In this document: positions 37,365 through 45,233 of the stretch, piece by piece
How the letters are laid out: each line of letters begins with the position of its first letter
How positions within the stretch are numbered: the first letter of the stretch is position 1
NCBI GenBank assembly: GCA_017505945.1
Contig: JAFVOG010000075.1
Span: 461-64,460 of the forward strand
DNA: 64,000 nt
Source of the DNA: Clostridia bacterium
Lineage (GTDB): Bacteria > Bacillota > Clostridia > Christensenellales > Borkfalkiaceae
Direction of reading: 5' to 3'
Notes under the pieces: model-generated
Seen by the model: the letters and a program-made list of their open reading frames with translations, nothing else
Told to the model about the DNA's origin: nothing
Databases searched by the model: none
Position numbers and translations under genes: made by a program

Positions 37365-37670
37365 ATGTACGCTATTATCGATAACGGCAATAAGCAATAC
37401 AAGGTAGCGGAAGGCGACGTTGTACGCGTAGAAAAGCTCGCGGCAAACGAAGGCGACGTAGTATCTTTCAACGTGCTTATGGTTGCAGATGAAAACGGTG
37501 TAAAAGCAGGCGCGGAAGTTGCGTCCGCAAAAGTAACCGCTACGGTCGTTAAGCAAGACAAGGCGAAGAAGATTATCGTCTTCAAGTATAAGGCTAAGAA
37601 AAACGAACGTAAAAAGCAAGGGCACAGACAACCCTTCACCGCAGTTAAAATCGAAAAAATCGAACTTTAA
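37365..37670 (+). CDS. rplU: 50S ribosomal protein L21
   Basis: [25 protein letters not shown] is the canonical L21 start. AGAGGAGG RBS. 101 aa. Confidence 0.95.
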   Translation: MYAIIDNGNKQYKVAEGDVVRVEKLAANEGDVVSFNVLMVADENGVKAGAEVASAKVTATVVKQDKAKKIIVFKYKAKKNERKKQGHRQPFTAVKIEKIEL

Positions 37671-37728
37671 TTGCAAGGCTATACAAACTTGGTTTGTATG
37701 AAAAATTTGAATTTAAGGAGAAAGAAAA

Positions 37729-38013
37729 ATGATTTTTATTCGTTTATTCGCTCATAAGAAAGGTACTGGTTCTTCCCACAACGGTAGAGATAGTGAATCC
37801 AAACGCCTTGGTACCAAGCGTAGCGACGGTCAAGCCGTTCTCGCTGGTAATATTCTCGTTCGTCAAAGAGGAACGAAAATTCACCCTGGCGCAAACGTAG
37901 GTATCGGTAAAGACGACACCTTGTTCGCTCTCGTTGACGGTATCGTTCGTTACGAAAGAATGGGCAAAGACAAGAAAAAGGCAAGCGTTTATCCCGTAGA
38001 AAACGCACAATAA
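37729..38013 (+). CDS. rpmA: 50S ribosomal protein L27 with 7-residue N-terminal extension
   Basis: [34 protein letters not shown] lies 8 nt upstream of the ATG at 37729. Only 58 nt separate it from rplU. Confidence 0.95.
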   Translation: MIFIRLFAHKKGTGSSHNGRDSESKRLGTKRSDGQAVLAGNILVRQRGTKIHPGANVGIGKDDTLFALVDGIVRYERMGKDKKKASVYPVENAQ

Positions 38014-38021
38014 CGAAAGTC

Positions 38022-38051
38022 AACCGACCGAAAAAATCGGTCGGTTTTTTC
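38022..38051 (+). terminator. Intrinsic terminator of rpmA
   Basis: aaccgaccga (38022-38031) / tcggtcggtt (38037-38046) followed by T-run. Confidence 0.85.
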
Positions 38052-38172
38052 TTATCAACAACGAAAAAATTTCCCAAAAAAATAAAAACGTATTGAAAAA
38101 TTCAACGCTTTATATTATGATAAAAGCGTAAACGGTAACGCGCGCGTCGCGCCCGCGTATATAATATTGTAT

Positions 38173-39099
38173 ATGGAAGAGTTGCAAAGTCAAAACGAAA
38201 TACAAACCCCACGCCGTAGCAAAAGCTGGTTGGGGGTGTTTTATATCGTACTCTCGGCGTTTTTCTTTTCGCTGATGAGCGTTTTCGTGCGCCTTTCGGG
38301 GGATTTACCCACCTTCCAAAAATCCTTTTTTAGAAATTTAGTGGCGGCACTCGTCGCCTGTTGCGTGCTGATTAAAGAAAAAAACTTCCGCTTGCAAAAG
38401 GGGAGTTTGCCTGCACTACTTTTGCGCTCGGTGGCAGGTACGGTGGGGATTGTTTGCAACTTCTACGCCATCGACCATTTGGCGGTTGCCGACGCGTCTA
38501 TATTAAACAAACTCGCGCCCTTTTTTAGCATCGTATTTTCCGCACTGCTCCTCAAAGAACGGGCGTCTTGGAAGGACTGGTTACTCGTTGTAATTGCCTT
38601 TTCGGGGGCGCTTTTCGTTATCAAACCCACCTTTTCCCTTTCCGAAAGCTTTCCTGCTCTTATGGGCGCGCTGGGCGGACTGGGCGCTGGGCTTGCCTAT
38701 ACCTGCGTACACTATTTGGGTGGCAAAGGGGAGCGCACGGCTATGATAGTTTTCTTTTTCTCCGCATTTTCCTGCCTTTCTATGCTACCCTTTACCATTA
38801 TTTATTTTACGCCGATGTCCCTTCCCCAACTCGCCTTTTTGCTTCTTGCAGGCGCGTCGGCAAGCGTGGCGCAATTCTCCGTCACCAAAGCGTATTCCTT
38901 TGCTCCTGCCAAGGATATTTCCGTGTACGATTATTCGCAAGTGTTGTTTAGTGCAATATGGGGTCTGGCATTTTTTACCGAACTTCCCGATATATGGAGT
39001 TTTATCGGCTACGCCGTCATTATCGGCGCGGCTATCGTCAAGTTTTTACTTTCCAAAACTAAGCACGAAAAGGACGTGGGCACGGACGAATTAAAATAG
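38173..39099 (+). CDS. EamA/DMT-superfamily transporter
   Basis: About 10 TM helices in two EamA-like halves. ATG at 38173 (the track start at 38167 is TTG). Confidence 0.8.
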   Translation: MEELQSQNEIQTPRRSKSWLGVFYIVLSAFFFSLMSVFVRLSGDLPTFQKSFFRNLVAALVACCVLIKEKNFRLQKGSLPALLLRSVAGTVGIVCNFYAIDHLAVADASILNKLAPFFSIVFSALLLKERASWKDWLLVVIAFSGALFVIKPTFSLSESFPALMGALGGLGAGLAYTCVHYLGGKGERTAMIVFFFSAFSCLSMLPFTIIYFTPMSLPQLAFLLLAGASASVAQFSVTKAYSFAPAKDISVYDYSQVLFSAIWGLAFFTELPDIWSFIGYAVIIGAAIVKFLLSKTKHEKDVGTDELK

Positions 39100-39127
39100 C
39101 GTTCCCCCCACCCGTGTACGCGTTGAA

Positions 39128-39152
39128 ATGCTCCTTTGGGGCATTTTTTTGT
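39128..39152 (+). terminator. Terminator after the EamA gene
   Basis: atgctcc (39128-39134) / ggggcat (39139-39145) followed by T7. Confidence 0.6.
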
Positions 39153-39200
39153 TTGTATAGAGACTTTTTTGTTTTTTATTAGGCTTTTTTAATAAACCGC

Positions 39201-39229
39201 TTGCAAATTCGCGCGCGATATGTTATAAT
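39201..39229 (+). promoter_or_regulatory. Sigma-A-type promoter of holB-ricT
   Basis: TTGCAA (39201-39206) - 17 nt - TATAAT (39224-39229). Confidence 0.6.
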
Positions 39230-39267
39230 ATAAGGGATTGAGAGTATATAAGTAAAAGGGGTTGCGT

Positions 39268-40254
39268 ATGCAAACGTTAATTAGGCAAACAAACGCGTTT
39301 AAGACGTTCCAAGCGGAAGTGGCAAACGACGCGCATTCGCACGCCTATTTAATCGTTTTGGACGACGCTCGCAATTTACGGGATACCCTTCTCACTTTTG
39401 CCAAAGCGTTGTACGGTTGCGATAATCCTTACGAAGAAGACGAACGCATTTTGGCGGAGCGTATCGAGGCAGGCACGTTTAGCGATTGTCGCTGTTTTCC
39501 CGAAGAAGGAAAAAAGTTTATGGTGGACGACGCCGAGCTTTTGACGGAAGAAAGCTATTTAATGCCCGTAGAAAGCAACAAAAAGGTGTTTATCGTAACC
39601 GACTTTGCCGAAGCGAACGTCGCCTCGCAAAACAAGCTGTTAAAGCTTTTGGAAGAACCGCCGTTTGGCGTGGTGTTTTTGTTGGGCGCAACGAATAGCT
39701 TTTCCGTGCTCCCCACCGTGCTTTCTCGCGTTTCTAAGTTGGAAATTCCCCCCTTCTCCGAAACGAGTATCGTAAACGCGTTAAAACGCGCCTATCCCAC
39801 GGGATATAAGCAAGAAGATTTTACGCTTTGCGCGGTGGCGTCCGGCGGTAGCGTAGGCTCGGCGCAGACTATGCTTGAAGGCGGAGAATACCGTGCGCTG
39901 ATTGCAGATGCGTTTGCCCTTTGCCTTACGCGCAAGGACAAGCTCCCTATGCTTGTCAAAAAAATCGGAGAAACCAAAAGGAAAAAGCAGTTGTTGTTTT
40001 TGCTCCGCGTGATTTTCCGCGACGCAACGCTTATCAAGGGCGGTTTGGATTCAAAAGGGTTTTTGCTGTTGCAGGCGGAACGAGAAAACGTCGTGGCGGT
40101 GGCAAATGCGTTTTCACTGTCCACGCTGATATACGCACAAGAAAAAATAACGCAGGCGGAAGTGGACGTGCAGTTTAACGCCGTATTTCCGCAATGTATC
40201 GAACTGTTGTTTGCCGACCTTTTCGCTCATCAAGAAAAATATCGAGATTTATAA
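39268..40254 (+). CDS. holB: DNA polymerase III delta-prime subunit
   Basis: HAYLIV..., KVFIVTDFAEANVASQNKLLKLLEEPP and LPTVLSRV are delta-prime signatures. ATG at 39268, 6 nt after GGGG. Confidence 0.85.
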   Translation: MQTLIRQTNAFKTFQAEVANDAHSHAYLIVLDDARNLRDTLLTFAKALYGCDNPYEEDERILAERIEAGTFSDCRCFPEEGKKFMVDDAELLTEESYLMPVESNKKVFIVTDFAEANVASQNKLLKLLEEPPFGVVFLLGATNSFSVLPTVLSRVSKLEIPPFSETSIVNALKRAYPTGYKQEDFTLCAVASGGSVGSAQTMLEGGEYRALIADAFALCLTRKDKLPMLVKKIGETKRKKQLLFLLRVIFRDATLIKGGLDSKGFLLLQAERENVVAVANAFSLSTLIYAQEKITQAEVDVQFNAVFPQCIELLFADLFAHQEKYRDL

Positions 40255-40272
40255 GGATTGTTTTTATAGAAT

Positions 40273-41136
40273 ATGGAAAAAGTAGTAGGAATTAAATTTA
40301 AGACGGGGAGTAAGCTGTACTATTTCGCACCCAAACAAGGGGACGAATACACGCGCAATATGCCCGTTATCGTAGAGACTTCAAGGGGGTTGGAATACGC
40401 TTGGGTGGTATATCCTTGTTTGGAAGTAGAAGAAGATAAAATCGTAGCCCCGTTAAAGCCTATCGTGCGTATCGCCACGGAAAAAGACACCGCGCGCTAT
40501 CAATCGTTCCAAGAAAAAAAGCAAGAAACGATGCGCGTTTGCAAAGAAAAAATTATCAAGCACGAATTGCAAATGAAACTTGTCGATTGCGAATATTCGT
40601 TTGATAACGGACAAATTACTTTCTTTTTTACGTCCGAAAACCGTGTGGATTTTAGAGAACTCGTCAAAGACCTGGCATCTACCTTTCATACCCGTATCGA
40701 TTTACGCCAAGTAGGGATTCGTGATGAAACCAAGTACTTGGGCGGTATCGCGCCCTGCGGTAGAGTTTGTTGTTGTGCAGGGAATATGCCCGAATTTAAG
40801 AAGGTGAGCGTCAAGATGGCAAAAGCGCAAAACTTGTCCTTAAACCCTGGAAAAATCAGCGGTCTTTGCGGACGATTGATGTGTTGTTTGGGATATGAAA
40901 TCGATTACTATACCGAAGCGGGCAAACAGCTCCCGAAAATGGGCGCGGAAGTGACTACTCCCGACGGAAAAGGCATTGTTGCGGGCTTGAATATGCTGAA
41001 AATGGAAGTGCGTGTAAAATCGGGCGACGTGAACAGCGGTTTTACGTTTAGGGACTATCCCGTGGCGCAGTTGCAATTCAAAAAGCCTTGCGCAAACTGC
41101 CCGAAAGCGGAAAACGCAGACGAGGACGACGAATAA
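40273..41136 (+). CDS. ricT: PSP1-domain protein RicT/YaaT
   Basis: 287 aa. Cys cluster CGRVCCCAGNMPEF...GLCGRLMCCLGYE. Follows holB, as in Bacillus. Confidence 0.9.
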   Translation: MEKVVGIKFKTGSKLYYFAPKQGDEYTRNMPVIVETSRGLEYAWVVYPCLEVEEDKIVAPLKPIVRIATEKDTARYQSFQEKKQETMRVCKEKIIKHELQMKLVDCEYSFDNGQITFFFTSENRVDFRELVKDLASTFHTRIDLRQVGIRDETKYLGGIAPCGRVCCCAGNMPEFKKVSVKMAKAQNLSLNPGKISGLCGRLMCCLGYEIDYYTEAGKQLPKMGAEVTTPDGKGIVAGLNMLKMEVRVKSGDVNSGFTFRDYPVAQLQFKKPCANCPKAENADEDDE

Positions 41137-41265
41137 ATCCCCCGTTCTGCCTGTATTTGGATATATATTTAGATATATATAATGTAAAAAACGCTTTACT
41201 TTTACCCGTTTTCGTGGTATAATGTGGCGTATGATAAGGAAATTTTGGCACAAAGGAGATTGTTG

Positions 41266-42507
41266 ATGGAAGACAAGACGCAAGAAAAATTGCAGTTGCA
41301 AGACGAAATCAGCTTGGTGGATATCCTTCGTTTGTTCGTCCGCAAGTTGAAAATTTTAATTATCGTCGCGCTGGTTGCAATTATCGCAGGCGCGTCGTAC
41401 GGGTATATTAAAACTCGCGACGTAAACTATTTCGGTACGACCATCGCCTTTTACGTTAACCCGCAAAAGGACGAAAATTCCGACCAAGAAAGCGAATACA
41501 GCATTTACGGTTCGTACGGCGAAAACGTTATGGATAACATGGTTAAGCTGTTGTCTAGTGAATTGTTTGCCGAATCGCTTATGTTGGATAAAGACGGGTT
41601 GCCCGACGACGGCATGATTGACAAAGTAAAAGCTACCAAGGGCGAAGAAGTGGCTACCGCTTTGGCTACAAAGGTGGCTAATGCAAGAGCTACCTTGGCG
41701 GCTATCGATACCAAGGACGCGGAACTGGATGCGGCGACGGACGCGCTTTCCGAAGCGAAAGATACGATGTACGCTTTGCAATCGGACGTAAACAACGCTT
41801 GGGCGGACCTTGGTAAATACGGTACTCCCGGACGTATCGCGTCCCCTTCTAACGAAGACGAACACACGTATAACACCATTTGGGATAACTACCAACTGGC
41901 TATCGACGCATACGAAACTGCAACCGAACAACAAGCGATTGCGCGCGATAATTTGAAAGCGGCAAAGAAAGCGCAAAAAGCGGCGTTTGAAGATACGCTT
42001 GCACAATGGAGAAAGGATTACAGCGCGTACTACGCAGGGGAACTTGCAAGATATCGCTGGGCGGCGTCCTATTCGTATAAGAGCGCTTCGGACGGTTCGG
42101 ATTCCAACTTTGCAAGAAGTTTCTTCTACGTGTATATTTCCGTAACCAACGACGTGGATTTTGCCAACAACGTACGCAACAGAATCGTAGAATACGTACC
42201 GATGTTCATTGAAGAAATTATGCCCGTTCCCGGCGGTTATTTGGATACCAACTGTCAACGTATTACGCGTAACGACTATATCGTAAACACCAACGCAGGG
42301 TATGCAAGAAACACGGCTATCCGCTATGCTATCTTGCTTGCGGCAGTAGCTATCGTCGTGGCTTGCGTAATTATCGTTATCGTGGACCGTTCGGACAAAC
42401 GTTTGCGCGCGGTGGAACAAATCACCGAAAAATTCAATTTGCCCGTGCTCGGTGTTATTCCTAACATTCACATCGTCAAAGACAAGAATACGGAGGATAA
42501 CGAATAA
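41266..42507 (+). CDS. Wzz/YveK-type chain-length determinant / BY-kinase transmembrane modulator
   Basis: ATG at 41266 after AAAGGAGA. N-terminal Wzz motif (ISLVDILRLFVRKLKILIIVALVAIIAG), a long extracytoplasmic segment rich in Ala/Asp/Glu/Lys (predicted helical), and a second TM (AILLAAVAIVVACVIIVIV) near the C-terminus. Confidence 0.8.
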   Translation: MEDKTQEKLQLQDEISLVDILRLFVRKLKILIIVALVAIIAGASYGYIKTRDVNYFGTTIAFYVNPQKDENSDQESEYSIYGSYGENVMDNMVKLLSSELFAESLMLDKDGLPDDGMIDKVKATKGEEVATALATKVANARATLAAIDTKDAELDAATDALSEAKDTMYALQSDVNNAWADLGKYGTPGRIASPSNEDEHTYNTIWDNYQLAIDAYETATEQQAIARDNLKAAKKAQKAAFEDTLAQWRKDYSAYYAGELARYRWAASYSYKSASDGSDSNFARSFFYVYISVTNDVDFANNVRNRIVEYVPMFIEEIMPVPGGYLDTNCQRITRNDYIVNTNAGYARNTAIRYAILLAAVAIVVACVIIVIVDRSDKRLRAVEQITEKFNLPVLGVIPNIHIVKDKNTEDNE

Positions 42508-43313
42508 TGGGTATTTTCAATAAAAAAAGAACGGTTAAAAAATCTTCTAATAGAAACGAATACTTGCTTACGGATAACGTTTCCTTTAACGTAATGGAAG
42601 CGTTCCGCAACTTCAAGGCGTCCCTGTCCGTATCTATGTCCAAAAAACCGGCGGGCGAAGGTACGGCGATTATGATTACGTCGTCCTGTCCCGAAGACGG
42701 TAAAACGACGGTTGCGGTAAACCTTGCCTTGATGTACGCGTTTTCCGACGCGAAAGTCGTACTTGTCGATGCCGACGTAAGAAAGGGTAGAGTTGCAAGA
42801 TTTTTCAAGAGAAAATCTGCACCCGGTCTTGCGGACTATTTGTCGGGCGGTGCGACGCTGGACGAAATTACGCACCACGACCACGAAAATAAGAACTTTT
42901 CGTTTATCACTTGCGGTACGCACTCCCCCCGTCCTTACGAACTTTTAGAAAGTGACGAAATGAAAGGTTTGATTGCACAATTAAAAACGCAATACGACTT
43001 CGTTATTATCGACACTCCGCCCCTTCTCGTCGTATCCGACGCGTTGGCTATCGCTACCGAAACGGACGGTGCCGTCGTAGTAAGCAGACACCAAACGTCC
43101 TACTTGGGGGACATTGCAAAGACGTTGGAAAAATTGCGCTTTGCCAAAGCAAACGTACTCGGCGTTGTCGTAAACGACTACAACGTGGAAGAAAAAGCGT
43201 ACTATTCGCATAATTACTATCACTATAACTATTATTCCTATCAATATAGTGACGATGCGGAAGAAAGAGCCAAAGACGAACAACAACCTACTCCTTCCCA
43301 AGACGAAGAATAA
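42507..43313 (+). CDS. CpsD/CapB-family bacterial tyrosine kinase (BY-kinase)
   Basis: Walker A-like SSCPEDGKTTVAVNLA, Walker A' VLVDADVRK, Walker B VIIDTPPL, and a C-terminal Tyr cluster YYSHNYYHYNYYSYQY. The ATG overlaps the upstream stop by 1 nt. Confidence 0.85.
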   Translation: MGIFNKKRTVKKSSNRNEYLLTDNVSFNVMEAFRNFKASLSVSMSKKPAGEGTAIMITSSCPEDGKTTVAVNLALMYAFSDAKVVLVDADVRKGRVARFFKRKSAPGLADYLSGGATLDEITHHDHENKNFSFITCGTHSPRPYELLESDEMKGLIAQLKTQYDFVIIDTPPLLVVSDALAIATETDGAVVVSRHQTSYLGDIAKTLEKLRFAKANVLGVVVNDYNVEEKAYYSHNYYHYNYYSYQYSDDAEERAKDEQQPTPSQDEE

Positions 43314-43326
43314 GTATCTTTACAAC

Positions 43327-43366
43327 CAAAACAACCGCCTTTTTTAAGGCGGTTGTTTCTTTTATA
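43327..43366. terminator. Bidirectional terminator between the BY-kinase gene and rsmG
   Basis: acaaccgcctt (43331-43341) / aaggcggttgt (43346-43356), followed by TTCTTTT. Confidence 0.8.
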
Positions 43367-43407
43367 GCATAAAAAAACACTCTACCTAATGAGATAGAGT
43401 ATATTTT

Positions 43408-44094
43408 TTATAACGGATTTTTTCGTTCTTTGCCCTGTCCGCGCGGATATTTAGGCGGAGTATTTTTAACTTTATTGACGACGATTAGCGTACGTGCGCC
43501 GTATTCCTTAGGTAAATCGTATTGCTGAATTTCCTGCAACTTTCCACCCAAAATTTTATACGCGTTTTCTGCTTCGTACGCCTCAGCGGTATCTCCGCTT
43601 TTATAGGCGATAAACTTGCCTCCAACCTTGACAAACGGCAAGCAATATTCGCAAAGGGTATTCATTCTTGCCACTGCCCTTGCCGTAACGCAGTCGTACT
43701 TTTCTCTAAACTTCACGTCTTTGGCACAATCTTCCGCCCTTGCATTATAAATATGCACGTTGGAAAGTTGTAACTTATCCACAACTACGCGTAAAAATTC
43801 ACACTTTTTTCCCACACTTTCAAACAAATCCAACTGTAAATCGGGACGGATAATTTTCAAGGGAATAGACGGAAATCCCGCCCCCGAACCGATTTCGGCA
43901 ACCCTTGCGTTGCACGTAAAAAAACTTTCTCCTACTACGCTGTCTAAAAAGTGCTTATAATACACGTCCTGTTCTTGTATAATGGTTGTCAAATTGTACT
44001 TTTCATTATATTCTAACAGGATTTTTCTAAATTCTTCAAATGTTTCGCGTTTGTCTTCCAACACGATTTTTTCATATTCTTGAACGTCTTGCAT
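43408..44094 (-). CDS. rsmG: 16S rRNA (guanine527-N7)-methyltransferase RsmG (GidB)
   Basis: 228 aa. SAM motif EIGSGAGFPSIPLKI. Typical origin-proximal location. Confidence 0.9.
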   Translation of the reverse strand: MQDVQEYEKIVLEDKRETFEEFRKILLEYNEKYNLTTIIQEQDVYYKHFLDSVVGESFFTCNARVAEIGSGAGFPSIPLKIIRPDLQLDLFESVGKKCEFLRVVVDKLQLSNVHIYNARAEDCAKDVKFREKYDCVTARAVARMNTLCEYCLPFVKVGGKFIAYKSGDTAEAYEAENAYKILGGKLQEIQQYDLPKEYGARTLIVVNKVKNTPPKYPRGQGKERKNPL

Positions 44095-44203
44095 CGCTAT
44101 CTCCCATCCCTTGTATTATACCATATCTTTACATAAATAGCAACGCTTTTTTCAAAATACTCTTTTCTTTCTTTTCCACCTCCCGTTTATAACGTTATCA
44201 ACC

Positions 44204-44482
44204 TGTGGATAACTTTGGTGGATATCTCTTTACAAACTTAATATTTATTCAATATTTTTATATTTATAACTTTTGTTTTAGTCTCAACTTTTTGCTTGTC
44301 CACTTATCCACTTTCTATACACTTTTTTATCCACCGAAAAAAAGCGGTTATACACCGCCTTATCCACATAGAAAAACGCTGATAAAATCTAACTTTTTTA
44401 GCAATTTTTAGTACTTGTCCACAAATCCACCGCACCTATTACTACTATTACCACTATTTATATTTTATATAAATAATAAAGG
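44204..44482. other. oriC-like element: DnaA-box cluster, GC clamp, DnaA-trio array and AT-rich DUE
   Basis: Perfect boxes: TGTGGATAA 44204-44212 and TTATCCACA 44360-44368. One-mismatch boxes: 44304-44312, 44327-44335, 44415-44423. Degenerate box: 44423-44431. These are followed by GCAC, then CTA TTA CTA CTA TTA CCA CTA at 44436-44456 (3'-GAT/AAT-5' on the other strand), then an AT-rich tract at 44457-44482. Confidence 0.75.
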
Positions 44483-44572
44483 AAGGAAAGAGCGACGTCG
44501 AAGAAAATGCAGGCTGAATAAAGTCTATAAAATACAAGCCGGAAAAAGTATAGGCTTTTTTTTGCAAGGGTA

Positions 44573-44601
44573 TTGAAATTGTAGCCAAAAAGTGCTATAC
44601 T
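44573..44601 (+). promoter_or_regulatory. Sigma-A-type promoter of DUF1273 paralogue 2
   Basis: TTGAAA (44573-44578) - 17 nt - TATACT (44596-44601). Confidence 0.6.
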
Positions 44602-44624
44602 TTATACGTGGAGATTTGCGTTTT

Positions 44625-45119
44625 ATGAAAAGTGTACTATTACAAACGAATATATTTACTCCTAAGGCTTGTGTTTTTACTGGACACCGCGGATTAGAAA
44701 AAGATTTTTCTAAACGCGCGCTAAAAAAGGCGATTGAAACGGTAATCAAAGCTGGCGTTACGACCTTTTATAACGGGCTTGCCTGCGGTTTTGATTTGGA
44801 AGCTTGCGAAGCGGTGTTAAAGTTAAAAAAGAAAAATCCGCAACTCCGTTTAATCGGGTGCGTGCCCTGTTTGGAACAGTCCGCTTATTATGCGTTGGAC
44901 GACCAAAAACGGTATGAAAAAATTTGCAAAAGCTTGGACGAAAAAGTACAAGTTTCTTCCACTTACTATTATAACGGTTGCATGCAAAAGCGCAACAGAT
45001 ATATGTGTGACAGAGCGGATTTGATGATAGCGTATTGCAATAGGGATAAGGGCGGAACGGCTTCTACCGTGAAGTATTTTCAAAAAACCTATCCTGAAAA
45101 ACAGGTAATATTTATATAA
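44625..45119 (+). CDS. DUF1273/YpsA-like SLOG-superfamily protein, paralogue 2
   Basis: ATG at 44625 (MKSVLLQ...). CVFTGHR, NGLACGFDLEA, KRNRYMCDRADLMIAYC and KGGTASTVKY motifs are shared with paralogues 1 and 3. Confidence 0.8.
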   Translation: MKSVLLQTNIFTPKACVFTGHRGLEKDFSKRALKKAIETVIKAGVTTFYNGLACGFDLEACEAVLKLKKKNPQLRLIGCVPCLEQSAYYALDDQKRYEKICKSLDEKVQVSSTYYYNGCMQKRNRYMCDRADLMIAYCNRDKGGTASTVKYFQKTYPEKQVIFI

Positions 45120-45163
45120 ATATAAAATTTATATAAAAAATGCGAAAATATAAAAATTTTTAC

Positions 45164-45192
45164 TTGCAAACGCAGGCAAAATATGGTACAAT
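45164..45192 (+). promoter_or_regulatory. Sigma-A-type promoter of dnaN (extended -10)
   Basis: TTGCAA (45164-45169) - 17 nt - TACAAT (45187-45192), preceded by TGg. Confidence 0.6.
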
Positions 45193-45233
45193 AAAAGGGT
45201 ATAAAAAAAGAGATAAAAGGTAGGGTTAAACGT

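Noticed and set aside
37131-37676. The upstream 182 codons of the 330-aa track ORF 36684..37676 (- strand).
   Set aside because: This part overlaps the rplU coding sequence, promoter and leader on the other strand and has a nonsense-like composition. A well-placed AAGGAGA-ATG at 37130 gives a coherent 148-aa protein.
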